NCBI RefSeq assembly: GCF_026571515.1
Contig: NW_026862025.1
Location: forward strand, 62,001 to 126,000
DNA from: Ruditapes philippinarum
Lineage: Eukaryota
Length of the DNA stretch: 64,000 nucleotides
Direction: 5' to 3'
Under the pieces are notes generated by a model. It saw only the letters and a program-made list of their open reading frames with translations. It did not search any database and was not told where the DNA came from. Every line of letters starts with the position of its first letter. Position 1 is the stretch's first letter. A program made the position numbers and the translations under genes. Shown piece after piece: positions 25,920-41,400 of this stretch.

Positions 25920-28900
25920 GGCGACTCAGTAACTGCTTAAAACAGAATACCAGGTAGGCAGTACAACTCATGGGTAACGCTTGAGGGTCGGAGAAAGTGA
26001 TACATAAGATGAAATGCTACTGATAAGAGCAAGTACTGAGAATAGTTCAAACAGCCATCAATACAGAGCTTGACTGAATTTAGATTCTCAAGATGAAGCA
26101 GTGGGACATAGACGAGGATTCAAGGTATCGATATCCATTATTCGAATTTTATGTCCGGAGCCTCCAGTTAATATTTATTTATACACTAGTCTTGCACTTC
26201 ATAAAACTCATTTGTCATATTACACACAGAGACTATAATACCTTATTATTAAGTTAATAAGTCGATCACAAATAATGACGAATTATTATAGCCTGTAAGG
26301 AGTATGGATGATTTTTGACTGAGATGAGAAGGGCATAATAGCGAGCTCACCCTATTAAATACAGAAGAAATTGAAGTCTTAAACGCTTCATACTACTTAA
26401 TCTCCAAATGGTATGAAAGCAAATTGTTTGGTGCAATGTATAAGCTTTTCATAACTATTTCAAAGTGCACATATTTATTTCAGAACCACGGGAATACACT
26501 CCATATCAGTGAGACTTATGTTCTCAAAAACCATATCAACAAATGATTTTTATTAATGCTATAACTAAGAGATTTGCATTTTCCTTCGTCTCTTCCTTAT
26601 TTCTATTGTGCTATCTATTTGATTTTTTAACTATATGTATATTCTTTAGAGTACCGAGTTATTTCCTAATATTTCTTGTATTTTTTGGTGTCCTGTTCTG
26701 TTACATTATTGACTTTGCTTGCGCACTGTGTTCATGTATATTCATATTTATGCTCTTTATTGATGAGATTTAAAGATATTAGGCAGCTCCTTGTAGTATG
26801 TGTAACGCAAAATTAATGCCATTAGTGTAGTTTATGAGGTTGGAATGTAGACACTTCCATAGACAATTTGCCGCCCTCTTATGTCGATTCATAACGTTTA
26901 TAATACTGCGATATACTATGACGTGTCAACTACAGTACCCTAGTCCATTGCGTGTAGAGCGCTCAAGTCTCATTTTTCCTGAGAGGTGTAGTAATATTCA
27001 TTTCTTTTGAACAATCGCTCTTATTCCAGATCACTGTCTAGATCTACAATTCTATCTTAGCATTATATATAATCTAGTGAATATAGAATATTACATACTA
27101 AAGTAACAAAGTAAATCAGAGAACCATAACCTGACAAATATTAGCAAAGACACCATATATATTGGTCTTAACTACTAATGTCCATTAATCATCTTGTTTT
27201 TATTTAGAAAACTTTTTAACCTTTTATTACTTATCTTTCTTTCCAATCATAGTTTATTTCAAATGTGAATAATGTAAATATTCTTAATTTGCTGTGAATC
27301 CAATGCAAACAACCAATTAACAATATTCCAAGAAAAAAAAAAAAAAAAAATTTTTTCAACCATAAAAAAAAATCCAAAAAAAAATTACAGATATATAATG
27401 TATTTCTAGCCAGAACACATTATCTTCAAGGGTTCCTGTGACTTTTGCTTAGATATGAACATCAGACGTCTTCTTTTCATGGTTCCTTCATACGTGTCAC
27501 GACTGTATGCAATTAAACTGTTTACGTAAAGATGCATGAAAAGTGTTATTTGTCTTATCCCTTGCGAATATATATAGCATTGATTGTGTATATATTTCTC
27601 CAACTTTATATAAATCTATGATAATACCGAATGTATGTTGCATAAATTACAGATATTTATAGAGTATTTGCAATATATTTATAGAGCTCTATTAAATATA
27701 CTTATGCGACAAATAGATAAGTCAGTGGTATCGTTGAGATACATAACGTGGATTCGCAGATGCCATTATTCTGATTACTTAGTCATGAATATATTTAATT
27801 GGTCCAATTTCACGCAGAGCATTAACGGTTGTGCTAGTGAAGAGGAGCAATAACTTTACAATTGGAGAATCACTTTAGTCGAATTAACTGTTTAATATGA
27901 TATGATAGTTGTCCAATAGTGATTTTAGTTTTTTACATTATTATACGTCCTCTATCTATCTCACTCAGAGAAGTATGATTGTTTCCGAGAATGCGAGTTT
28001 CATTATGGCGGGTAGTTAAGCGAACGATGCAGAATTCCGTGAGATATGAGATTCTCTTACTCAGTTTCCACTAGATCATATCCTTTATCCTCCTTCTCAG
28101 CTATAATTCTACCATATATCTCATAGTACCTGACATGGTGGAAGAGAACCACGCCATAAGATAACATGAGAGTCTTATGTATATTCCCTATGCATAGACA
28201 AGATTGATAATTATTCACGACCACGGAGGCGGCATAAATTGTCCGGAAATAATTCAAAACACATATTGTCATGATCATAAATATATACATACTGACACAT
28301 TTGGTACAAATAACTATATTGTAAAAAGATAGTATACACGATGACTCTATCGTTCTTTGCTAGAGAAAGGAGCTATAATTTTAGCCAAGATGGAAGTAAT
28401 GAAGTCTGTAAGAGTAGGAATAAGTGAGAGGAACATTTCATATGGAAGATGAGTCACACATTTGCTTTTTGGTGACAAATAGAGTGTATGATATATACAA
28501 CTCGCATATAATAGACTAAGGGTCTCTCGGACTATCTTATGAGTGACGTATATGGAATGTAATCATCCTGAATGGGTCAGATAGGTGAACTTGAGTGATT
28601 AATAACGTAGGCAAAATAGACTATGAAATGCCTTTCGCTATCTATTTATATATACATTATAATAAAATTTCGACCATGAAGAGATATATGAAACTCTAGA
28701 TAATCCTTTATTCACAATATTCACTAGCAGCTGTCTATTTTGAAATTAAAGACCCATGTTATGTGTAAAATGTCATACAATCGAATTTTGGTATGTAATG
28801 TATGAGATAGTTATATTCCTGACGTCGGAATTTAGGTTTCTTATTTACTGTCACATCTTTACTTTTAATTTATCAGATCATGTGTAGGTAGCTTCATCAC

Positions 28901-31900
28901 TTTTAGGTTGAGTTAGGAAATATATACGGAATGAGAGAAATGAGAGCTTGTATTCTGGTATCCCATATTGATCTGTTTGATGGGGGATAGTAGTGAATAG
29001 CATGTCTATATATAAAACCTATGTGTATCAATATGGAAAAAACTCCTTCACTAGATTAATTATGTACACTCTTCTAAAGGATTTCAATGAGAGTCATGAT
29101 TTTAAGATTGTTGTTTGTATATTATGTTCGCTACAGAATTATATAGCAACTATTGAATGTTCTCAGTTTTGATAGAAATTAGATACACCAATATTCACGC
29201 TATTTTACTTTATTAAAATTGTCAGACTATATTGAAGAACTGATGTCATGTGGTGACAACTTCATGGATCCTGAGTAATGCCACAAAGAAAGAAAATCTA
29301 AATTGATAACTTTATACTATTGTATGCAAGAGAGTTCACTCGATAATCTGCGTATATCTCAATCTTTCACCTATAGAACACGAGGCACGCGGATCCGCGA
29401 CCATTTTATTTTAAAACGACCCATGTTCGTCATATGAGAATGTAATATCTCTTAGAATATGCGCTATAATACTATTCAGATACGCAGAAGAGATTAGTAT
29501 AATCATAATAATTGTCACATTGAAAAATTATAATTTGCCATTTATATTTGTGACATTGGGTATAGTTTTACTTACACCTCCATCGTGGTATTTTTATTTA
29601 TTAAAGAACACCTTACCTCTATAAATTTGGATACGAGACATTGTATATAAAAGAGACAACACATGATTTTATAATCTAGGACTCAAAACACCCCACATCA
29701 TAGAGTTAGAGGTATGTGGAGAAAGTTTCTAATAAAGGCAGTATTCGAGAGGATATAGACTCATGAACTTGTATGTAGTACCATATAACTGTATCCATGT
29801 ATCAGTCGCATTATAAATTAATCTTAATATAATCAATTGTGCTTCACATAGTGCTATTATATATGGAGAGTAGAAGGGAGGTCCATTGTAACTGAAACAC
29901 CAATGATACCACAAGCATGACAATATAGAAGTCCAATATATCCGGATTTATACGCAATTATGATAATAGGGAATTACATGTCCGCCCTATATCGAACAGG
30001 AGATAGATAAATGAGTACTAAAATAGAAAATGGGAACACCTATTAGTAGATCATATTAAATTTGATATAAAGATATGCGTGCAGAGCGCCGCAAGCTTAT
30101 GAAGCGCTTCTAGACCTTTTACTCTAGTATATAATAGCTACTTTTCAAATAGAATAGAATAGGAATCTCCATGTGCTTTGAGTATCTCACGATAGAGTAC
30201 TAGACACATTCTTCGCATTGAGAGGTACAGAACAAATATTATCGGTGTTTAAATAATGGAGCGTAATACCATGACCAGTAGTGCATTTCTACTCTTATTC
30301 TATTAAGCGAGAGAGCAATCACTACAAGGCTTCAATATTACTTAAGCACATGATCTTTGACAAAGAGAAGGTCTCTTAGGCTATATGCATCATATTATAA
30401 ATTATTCTATCGGCTCTCGTCATAGGTGTTGACGTGTAATTCATTGTTAGGAGATTTGCTCTCCGTGTTTTAATATCTTATATCATTGTTATATTATACA
30501 ATGCCATATGATCATTATTGGTACCAAAATTAACTGTATAATAAATAGTTTAAGCTATAAATTATGAGAATTGGATTAATTGTTGTATCAAACGCAACTA
30601 GGTTGGTAATTACAGTTTCGCTCCATCGAGAATATTTGAGGAGTTACTTACTCTGATTGATTGCTTGGATATTTTAATCTATTTACATACATACATTAGG
30701 TCTAAAGAAGTCGTACTTGAGCGACAGTGCACACATTATTTGCACGCCAACGTGTACAATAAATTTAGTAATGAACTTACACAAACCTAATACAAATGTA
30801 TTCTATTTATCACATACCAAAAAAATAACGACTATTTGCATTGAAAAAGAACCATTTTTCATTGGCGCGCCTATAGAGAAATACTTATATCCAATAGAGA
30901 TGATATCTCTTAATTTCAGTAAGGGTGTATAAGGAATTAGTCGCTTGTAAACATAAAGAGTCGCACAATTCTTTTAGTGCTCATAAACGACTGTTATAAT
31001 GAAATGATAAGTTTCAATGTATAATAATTCATTACAGTGACATTAATTTTTCTTCTATTTTAATCTTTACTTATTCATTTCGGACCTTTGTATTATAAAA
31101 GGTACAAGGAGTATCGTAATAAGGCTTTTTAATATCTGTGCTGTGTAGAGCATAACTTATTGTAATTCATTCTCTATTCAGCTGTCATCGGTTTTAAATT
31201 ACTGAGAGATACGATATAACAACTACATATATTTTTGGTTACATCGTTCTAGCTTAATTAAGTAGCGTTACAACATATAATAGATAACTTTTATATTACT
31301 GGCTTGTCGACTTAAGTAGAGACTTCTATCTTGACTGGGAATAATCCCACATAAGGTGAGCCAGGGTAATCACTGTAGCTGACTCAGTAGAGATCAGGAG
31401 TCTAGGCGTATATAGAGCTATTACCAACAGGCACGTTCAATAAAAAATCTAGCCAAAATAATAATGAGACAAATTTAGCGACTTGAGCTTGTGTTGAATA
31501 ATGCACTAATGACATCCTAATCTTATGGAGGATGCTTTCCCTATATATTATCATCTAGAAATTAGAGGAGATATTCCTTGGAGAGACTTAATTGAAGTTA
31601 CATACAGACTGATATCAATATATTTTTATATAGAAAGTATTGACACCAATGCAGATACTTGATCACGCCCCACCAACACAAGGTCATAAAGAGATTCTAC
31701 CATACTTACAGATACCTGGCAGGATACATCACATGACATGCCATTGTTCACTAAGCGTTATCAATTTCTATTGCAGATTGGATTCCTGGACAATATCAAA
31801 AAGTTCGCACTACCCACATCTTACACAGTCTAATATGGTTTTCATGAGTTGCTTGACTTATTTACCTGCACCCGAGGATGAGCCATGATTAGAAGAGGTC

Positions 31901-34900
31901 CAATATAAGGATGCAGATAGTTAAAATAATTTTCGCCACACTCAATCAATATTTTATATACTTATAAATATGCAGTTGTGTTGTAAAGTATCTCCAAAAC
32001 TCTATAATGTTTTTATTAATCATAGCATATAATAACTGGTCGTATTATTTTAGCCTTTGAGAGAGAGTAAATTTTTTTGTATCACAATATACTTTTCCCT
32101 TCTATGGTTAGATATTTATATATTTATGCTACTGGACAAAATAACAGGTGGCTTTATGAAGTTACACCACTCTCTAAAGTATTTATTGTCTAGACGGCCA
32201 TTAATAAAAAAACTGTTATTCCATTTGGTAAGTACTCCCATTTTGTATATCTCATAAAGAAATATATACATACATCCTTTTTACTTATCTGCCATTATGA
32301 TAGTGGGAAATCGATGAAGATACATTTGACATATAATTAACAGTTAAAAGAAAAGGAAATCAATTGTGAGGTCATTCAAGGGCTTGAACCACCGATTCAC
32401 TCAAAAATGCGTTTCTCAGATTAACGTTTGTCTATGTGAGTACGCGCAAATGCTGTGTCAGAACATGCCATTATATGGCATTCAAATAAATCGAACTCAC
32501 ATACCACTAATGCAAATCATATAAAGATTGAGCTATAGGTGAGGATTTAGTAATAAAACTCGATTAGACTAGAAACTATAGAAATTTAAAAATCGCCTTA
32601 TTCCTTCTAACTTAAAAATACCACCATATGAGCTATATATCAAATTAATGTTGTTCAATAGTTTTATCACGTAAATGCTTCTCCAATTTATTCTATATGT
32701 ATAACTGAGAGTATGACGAGCCCGGATGACTTATTGTTAAAAGAGATAAACTAAATACAGCATGGTGTTCATATTAAGCCACGTATTGAATACACATGTG
32801 TTGAGTATCACTCTCTGTACACGTTTCATGAGCAGCACAAATTGTTTCCTTAACGAGATGAGTGTGAGTGTTCACCGCACTTCAGTATTAATAGGTTGTA
32901 CTTGCACGGAATATATTGTTCAATAGTATATTAAATGACTCACTCAATAAATCAGTTCCGGTAAAAACAAATCGATGTTCTGAGATCTTTCACTTGTATC
33001 AATGTTCCACATTTAAAATGGGAGCACTCATGTGTGTGCATCATATGTCGTAGTGTTACTAATGACCAACGGCTTTCTGGGGTAATACGTTTTTGGTTAT
33101 AATTTTCAGGTTTTATAGTTCGATTAAATTTGAGCGAGAAGAATCATAGGTTAATACTAACGAATTAAAACACGAACGTAAGAGTTGACTAGAGATACGA
33201 TATAATAAACACGTGCGGATGTCTTAAATGAAGAGACAAGACATATTATTAAGAAAAATAGAGTCTATATAACATGGATATATTTAAAACAAGATCATAT
33301 ATTAGCAACATGTACATTAGAGTGCAACTCGCTTATATATATATTTGAAATCACATACGAGATAAGCAAGGCAGACACTGAAATCCAAAACATGGCACAG
33401 TACAAACAGTTACTATGGATACATGTGAGATTATTGAGAAATAATAATTTACACTCAATTCATAAACTACTTATTATTATTGACGACATTAGACATTATT
33501 TACAATATAATACATATATAATATGGCATACTAATAATGCTGAGTAGTGGCTATCAGCACCTGCAATCAACTATGCTTCGGTTCAGGCTATTGTTCATTA
33601 AGGCATCTCTGTGCTTTTTAGGAGCGGATCGAGAATGGTCTTTAAGAGTCTTCACACAGATCGAGAGAACAGCATAGAGTATAGGAGCACTAATTAATTA
33701 TTTTAAAATCACAGTCTGTTAGTGAAAACATGTCAATCAGTCACAAATAGATATATACTAGTGAAATCTCATAATTAATTACCTAGATTATCTCACCAAG
33801 AGTTATGTCTATCACACGAGTAGACATATATTGATTCAACAGAACGACAAGGAATCAGATGTTACTAATATTTGGATCATTCAGCTTTTAATAAAATACA
33901 TCACACACATATGTGTTATGACTCTAGTAAATTTTAATAACAAAATACTTCGGTCACGAGTCTATAAAATAAATATAAACACTAATTATCACTTCGTAAC
34001 GTAATATAACATTTTTATAATTAATGTATACATGAATGTAGATCGTCTAGAAGTTAAAAATCTAACACAAAAACTGATTGAGTCGATAATGAACAGTGTA
34101 GCTCATGTGCCGAGATATCAGTTTAAAAAACTCTGATCTACTGTTATAATATTATAGACTATTTTAGTACGATATAACTAGTATATAGTATTAATCATAC
34201 CTTTCAAGATAGTGTTTTGCATAGATACATGAAATGTGTCTCTTGAGGATTTTCACACCATATGATGACTCTAAAAATTGCAGTAATTGTTTAGAGATAA
34301 AGGAAGAATACAAGTATCAAATATTTTTATTGACAAGGTAGTCGATTATAAATGGGAGATATTCCATGTATTTATACCTATCGATCGGAGAGTAAATTTT
34401 CTTGGTCTATTGTGTAAAATAAGCAAAAGGTCCCTTTAGAGAAATGAATTCTTAAATCTGAGCATGATTGCATCAAATACAACCTAAGTGTAATAATCTC
34501 TTGTTAACTAGTTCAATCCAATTGCATAAATCACAAATACTTACAAGTATCAAGAACTACCACATCAGGTCAATAACCTGCATCTCATATAACTTTATCC
34601 AGGAGAGTATTTGTGTTGAGTCTATGTTTACTCAAAAACAGAATATTAAGACTATATTTTGAGACACGAGACAGTATCAAGTTTTGTGGAAGGAATGATA
34701 GAGAGCTTGATAATTCCCTTTAAATTACACTTACGGTACAAAGTAAAATCTGGAAACAAAAGTTAAGGTGGCACGTAAAAGAGAGAGAGAGGAGAAATAC
34801 AATTGAGAGTACTATTCATGGTTAAATTTATGTTTGTACGGATTGTAGGATTTATGAGGGTCTGTCAGTGAGTTGTTCATCCACGTTGTTGTCACCTTCA

Positions 34901-37090
34901 GAGTTTGCAATAGTGTTTTGGCAGATATGCATTTCAAATAAATAGCAAATTAACACTAAAATTGAAGTTGTTATAATATGTGAGAATAGTCTTACGCGTT
35001 TTAGCGAATTAAATAACTGTACAGTCTTTCTGGGAGTCTGAAGATAAAAAGAACGTTTGGATTTGTTTGAGAGAGTCGTAATTTCTTCCGCTAAAACTTT
35101 GAATCTAGAGAGAATGCAGTGCGTAATATAAGAGAGAGGAGAGTTGGTCCCCTCGGAAGCATAAATCACAACAATTTATCCAATATGAATAAATGCATAC
35201 ACACAATATATAGAACATATAATTAATGGGATGGCGTGTTATCTTCGCACGAGCATGAGATCAATCGAAGTCAATATCAATCTCCTTCACCGCGCCTAGA
35301 GATTATACAACGCGACTTGTACGCGCGCAACATACAAGAATCTATCTTGCACACACTGATAGTAATTGACGTGAAGTGTCTAGGATGCACTACCACGAGA
35401 ACATAGATACGTCATTATATACAAGTTGTTTCTAAAGTATGTATAAATGGGTTGAGAGATTTAATTTATGACTTTTACAATCTTACAGAAGATCATTTTT
35501 TCTATACAGCAGAACATTACTGGGAGAATCGCATATGAATAATAGCTAATATAGAAGAGCGAAAAAGAATAAGTCAGAGTGTCTTGTCGATAGAGGGGAC
35601 GATCTCCACTCTGTACAATTGATGACAAATATGTATTAAAAAGCTATAAGAGAGTATTTAGCATTAATTTTTTGGGCTCTTATGTCGCATCACATGCAGA
35701 AGGTTATAATTTCTTGAACTAATTAACCAATACATATATTAATACCTCCATTTGTTTACAGTTCTCAGACAGTAAAACTGTGCAAGTCTCACATGTTTTC
35801 GATGAAACACAATTTGTTTTGTATAGAATTCTGATTTTGCTAATGCATTTCGAAGTTCTGTACGAGGATTTTCATTATAAATGAAATATACACACAACAG
35901 AGATCTCATTGTATGAACTAAATGCGATGTTAGTACATATAATCGAGAGCATTTTTATATTGTGGAGAGGAGCGTCTCGAGATTCGTAACTATGTTGAGA
36001 ATTTACAAGCTCAATTTCTATAATACACTTGAGAGCGATTCTCTCCAATATGTGAGACCGAACAAATAGAGAACAACTTAATTTCTATGTCACGATGAAT
36101 GAGTTTGTGAAACTACATTGTATCCATTTGCGCTCATGGAGAGACAGGAGATCTTTGAATGACATTACTGTGGATGGAAGAATTTAATTTCTGCATCACA
36201 TTTAGTCTCTAGCAGAGTATCGCTTATAAATACTAGCATAAGTATTAAAACACTAAACACACACGCGCATTGTCAAAAATTAAATTCATATCTAGTCACG
36301 TCGAATCTTAATGATACGTCTATATGCTCTGGATATCTATATATACTCAGTCAACTATCCGTTATATTATATATATAAGTATTGCGTCTAGTGAAAGGAA
36401 ATTTTATTGTTCTTACAATAAGTACTCGCATATTCTGTGGATTCCTCTATATAACAAGAACTAGGTAATAGAGTCAACGATAATGTTTACAGGTATTAAA
36501 ATACACAAGGATAGAACATAAGTAAATTTTTCATATAACACACAGGGTCTAGTACACATCAGAAAAATACTAGGGTTTTTGCACATAAACCAGAAGCATA
36601 GGATTTTGTCCAGCATTTCCATAATTTTTTCATAGGACGTATAGTGCATCAAATTTAATTTCAGAAATAAAAAGATACATATGTGAAAAAGATAATAACA
36701 ACATATAAATATTGGATGTCATAAAACATAAAAAAAGATAATAGTACCAAAAAAGCACATAAGTAAGTCTGAAAAGAAAATGTAAGAAGAAAAAAATTAT
36801 TTTTTGGTGCGATAATTTGTAATTAATTTAATCCACTTAAATCGGTGCTAAAGGAGATAAGAAATATTGGTCAGTCGCTCTTATTGAATAGTTTCCTTTG
36901 CAGATTTAGAGATAATACATCTAAAATGAACTTTCTATATAGATTGTCCTAGACTGCTGCGTAATGTATGAATACATTTATATGCAAGTGAATGTGATCT
37001 ATACAGAACGTTGATTGACATATTCGTGATTCAGTATTGTATTTGCCGACGTAAATGATCAAGTTGAGTATGTGCTAGTGTCATAGAAAC
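25920..37090. other. Compositionally anomalous block, probably low-accuracy or unpolished sequence
   Basis: By eye, fewer A/T homopolymer runs and many more GAGA, CTCT and TATA words than the flanks. No credible ORF. Contains smeared copies of repeats that are clean elsewhere (30765-30875, 35150-35200). Boundaries are approximate. Confidence 0.6.
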
Positions 37091-37491
37091 AAATTTATCA
37101 TTGTTGCTCGGACATTTATTGCACATATTGAAGCCGAATTGTCTGGTTAAAATAAAGGTATTGCATTATTGCAACCAGAATTATATTATATGTGTTATTT
37201 TTATTGTTAAAAATTGACAATTTTGGAATAGCATTTCCAGACATTTTAGGATAATGTCTGTTAGACTCATGCACACGAAATGTAATAGTGCACAATTGAA
37301 TTTTATATCTTAACAAAATTTCAAAAATCTAGGTATAAAGAGGGTCACGTGATCGTTCAGTAAAAATGGACGTACAATTCAAATTCTAACAAAGAGAAAT
37401 TCATTTTTAGTGATTTTAAAGGATATATATGTAATAAAAATAGTAGTCTTTAGCACGGATTTATAGTGAAACATTTCAAGTATGATTTAGT

Positions 37492-38452
37492 ATGGGTGGA
37501 TCAAGAAATAAAAAAAGGAAAGAGAGGAATAGCAGTGATAATGACAATTTAACTGATGGAAATAGAAAACAGTTTAAACAAAGAGGCCCGTCAAGTGATT
37601 CAGATAATGTTTCAGTAAGTGACTTGTTAAATCAGACTAATGCAGTTTTATACAATGTTGATAGCAATAATGTTTTTGAGATAAATTCAGAACCTGAGAA
37701 TATTGTGTTCAAAAATATGGCGGCAAACAGTGAGCCAACAAATAAGGATTTAATGAATTGCCTTCAGAATATAAGTTCAAGGCTTGGTTGTGTAGAGAAA
37801 AAACTCAGTGCTATCGATAAATTAGAGAAGCGGGTAGGGGAGTTTGAGAAGGAATTAAAGAGTATATGGCTTGCGATGGAGGAAAGGGCAAAGAAAACTG
37901 AGGACAGAGTTATGAGTCTAGAGGACAAAGTGGAAAACGCTGATATAGGGTCAGCTTTGCTAGCCAGCAAAGTGGACGACGTATCACAAGCTCGAGACAA
38001 TATACAGGAAGAGGTAGCGTATCTAAAATCGCAGACTATGCGAAATAATCTGATTTTCACTAATGTCCCAGAAGATTTTAGTAAAGAAAACGAGACGCCG
38101 GAAGAGACAGAGCAAAAACTTAGACATCATTTACACACTTCTCTGAAAATAGCAAAAGACACGAGACAGTATTCGATTTGAGAGAGTACACAGATCTCCA
38201 GGGCATCAAATTCAAGGTAAAGTGCGAACTATTGTGGCCAAGTTCACTTTTTTCAAGGATCGTGAGTTTGTTCGACGGCAGTGGAAAAATCTTAACGGTA
38301 CAAGATTCAGTATGTATGAACAATTTCCACAAGAAATCATCGCCAAACGCCGGAAGTTAGTTCCGAAGATGAAGGAGGCCAGAGACCAAGGTAAAAAAGC
38401 TTGGATTGCGTACGATACTTTGTACATTGATGGACGACCAATAAGGGACTAG
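37492..38452 (+). pseudogene. LINE ORF1 (L1-ORF1/Transposase_22-like coiled coil, RRM, CTD) with one frameshift
   Basis: Coiled-coil heptads followed by MRNNLIFTNVPE. After a frameshift near 38163 it reads DSIRFERVHR...RTIVAKF...EQFPQEIIAKRRKL...YDTLYIDG, ending at TAG 38450-38452. Confidence 0.85.
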
Positions 38453-41400
38453 GGGTATGAAGGAGAGGAACTTTCTATTATTTCATGGAATGTGCACGGG
38501 CTCACGAACGATAAAAAGTCTTGTTCAAACTTTTTAGATGTTATTACTAATAGTGATATTTGTTTTCTGTATGAAACATGGACCAATTCCTTAAGCAATA
38601 TTACTCTTAACGGTTACGTTTCGCATCATTACTATAGAAAATTTCAAAACAGGAATGCTCGAAGATGTAGCGGTGGTTTAGTTTTGTATTACAAAGAACA
38701 TTTATCCCCTGGTATTCAAATTGTTAAAAATTATCACGATACTATTATTTGGTTAAAATAAGACCGCACATTTTTTAAGAATGAAGATGACATCTATTTA
38801 TGTGGAGTCTATATTTGGTGTGAAGATTCGCCTGTATACAACGTTCTCAATGTTGATTTATTCGAAACGTTAGAAAATGATGTTTCTATTTATGAAAATC
38901 TAGGAGTTGTGTATCTTTTAGGTGACTTTAATAGCAGAGTGGGGAGCAAAAATGATTGTATTGTTTATGATAAAGTTAACTCATTTACAGATGACATAGA
39001 TTATGACCCCGACAACACCCCTGTTAGGGCCACAAGCGACAAAAACCATAATAGTCATGGTACAAGATTACTAGATATGTGTAAATCATGTTGCTTACGT
39101 ATTGTTAACGGCCGTATCGGAAATTCTAATAACTATACTTTTATGTCACAAAACGGTACATCTGTCATAGATTACTTATTATGTCATGAACGTAACTTTT
39201 CACGGATCACTGATTTTTCGGTTGACTCGTTCAATGAATGGCGTGACCATGCACCTTTACATGTATCGTTATTATGTAATAACGTACCAGATAATAATTT
39301 AAGCTATACAGAGATTAAGTACAAATGGAACGAAATACATAAGCAGCAATTTCGCTCTGGTATTATAGCCAATTTACCATTGTTAAATAATATTGTGAAT
39401 AATTTAGATCATAATAATAGATCATCTGTTAACGATGCTCTTAATAAATTTACAGATGTATTACGTAATGTAGCTGATCCATTATTTGCAAAAGAATGTC
39501 ATATTAAACAAAATTATTGTTTTGAATCACAATCATATATGAAACAAGCAGACTGGTTTGATAGGGACTGCACGGTAGCTCGTGCTGCTTATTTGGAAAA
39601 ATTGAGGCTATTTAATTGTGATAAAACAGATTTTAACAGAATACAATTGTGTGAACAAAAATCTTTGTATAAAAATATTATACGTAAGAAAAAAAATGCG
39701 TATTACAAAACTAAAATGCTTGAAATACAAACTTTAAAAAATAGTAAGCCTAGGGATTTTTGGAAATACTTTAAAAAGAAAAACTATGTTGAGAATAAAA
39801 TTCCTCTTGATGAATTTAAAGAATACTTTTCAAATATTTGCAATGAAATGTTTTATTGTTACAATGATGACGCTGAATTGTTTTGTGATAATAATAATTT
39901 TGATTCTGATAATGATGCATTTCCAGAATTGGACTTGCCTATAACTGTGAGTGAAATATCGTCTGCAGTGAAATCATTGAAGCGTAACAAAGCGTGTGGT
40001 AATGATTGCCTATTAAATGAGTATTTTATAGAAAGTGCTGATATTTTGTCATCGCATTTATGTGATTTATTTAATTGTATATTGGATTCAGGATTTTTTC
40101 CGGACAAATGGACCGAAGGTGTAATTTTACCTTTACATAAGAAGGGAAATAAAAATGAAGTGAATAATTATAGGGGTATAACGCTTGTTAGCTGTTTATC
40201 TAAACTTTTTACTACTGTTATTAATAAAAGAATTGAGCGCTTTTGTAATGATAACAATACTATTTCAGATGCTCAATTCGGTTTCCGTAAAGGTAGATCT
40301 ACTGTTGACGCAATATTTATTCTTACGTCATTAGTTCAAAACTATTTATATAATAATAAAAGATTGTATGTTATTTTTGTTGATATGATGAAATGTTTCG
40401 ATTCAATTTATAGAAATGGATTATGGTTAAAATTGTACAATTGTGGTATACAAGGTAAAATACTTAGAATTGTAAGGGATATGTATAAAAAAGTAAAATC
40501 ATGTGTTAAGTCATTTTCTAATTATTCTGATTATTTTAATTATGCTGTAGGCTTACGTCAAGGGGAGGTAATGTCTCCTCTGCTATTTTCTCTTTTTATG
40601 GAAGATTTAGAATTGTTTTTACAAAACAGTGTCGACTCTGGTCTATTTCTAGAGGATATAGTTTTAATTCTTTTGTTGTTTGCTGACGACATGGCCATCA
40701 TAGGTCAGACACCTGAGGAAACTCAAGAACTTTTAGACACTTTAAAAATTTATTGTGATAACTGGGGTCTTAAAGTAAATACAACAAAAACAAAAATAAT
40801 GGTCTTCCGTAAAAGGGGTGGGCTCTTACCAAAAGAGAATTGGTATTATGATGGTAAAAAAATTGAAGTGGTAAATGACTTTAATTACTTGGGAACAGTT
40901 TTTAACTACACTGGTAGCTTTTTATTGAATCAGGAACATTTGATAGGTAAGGCGTTAAAGGCTATGAATGTGTTATTATGTAAATGTAATGAATATGATC
41001 TAAGTCCAAAGTTATTTTGTCAGTTATTTGATGCTTTTGTTGTTTCTATTTTGAACTATTCATGTGAAGTCTGGGGATATTCTAAGTCGAAATCAATTGA
41101 AAGAATTCATTTAAAATTTTGCGAAAGATTATTAAAAGTGAGACAGAATACATGTAATGCATATGTTTATGGCGAATTGGGAAGATACCCATTGTATGTA
41201 AATAGATATATAAGAATAATAAAATACTGGATGAAAATTGTTGAGACTGATAATATCTTATTAAAAACAATGTACAATATAGCATTAAATGACAGCAATA
41301 GTGGATGTGTAAACTGGGTCACAAATGTGAAAAAAATTTTGAATGCTTATGGATTTTCATATGTTTTTGATCAAATAAATTACATAGATAAGAATATATT

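Noticed and set aside
25915-25930. TTAAAGGC as the left terminus matching 48159-48176
   Set aside because: Only 8 bp match, and it lies at the edge of unreliable sequence.
25920-37090. ORFs, viral insertion or fold-back symmetry in the anomalous block
   Set aside because: All ORFs are 105 aa or shorter with no motifs. Only a weak reverse-complement resemblance between about 26670 and 36480 was seen, which I could not extend.
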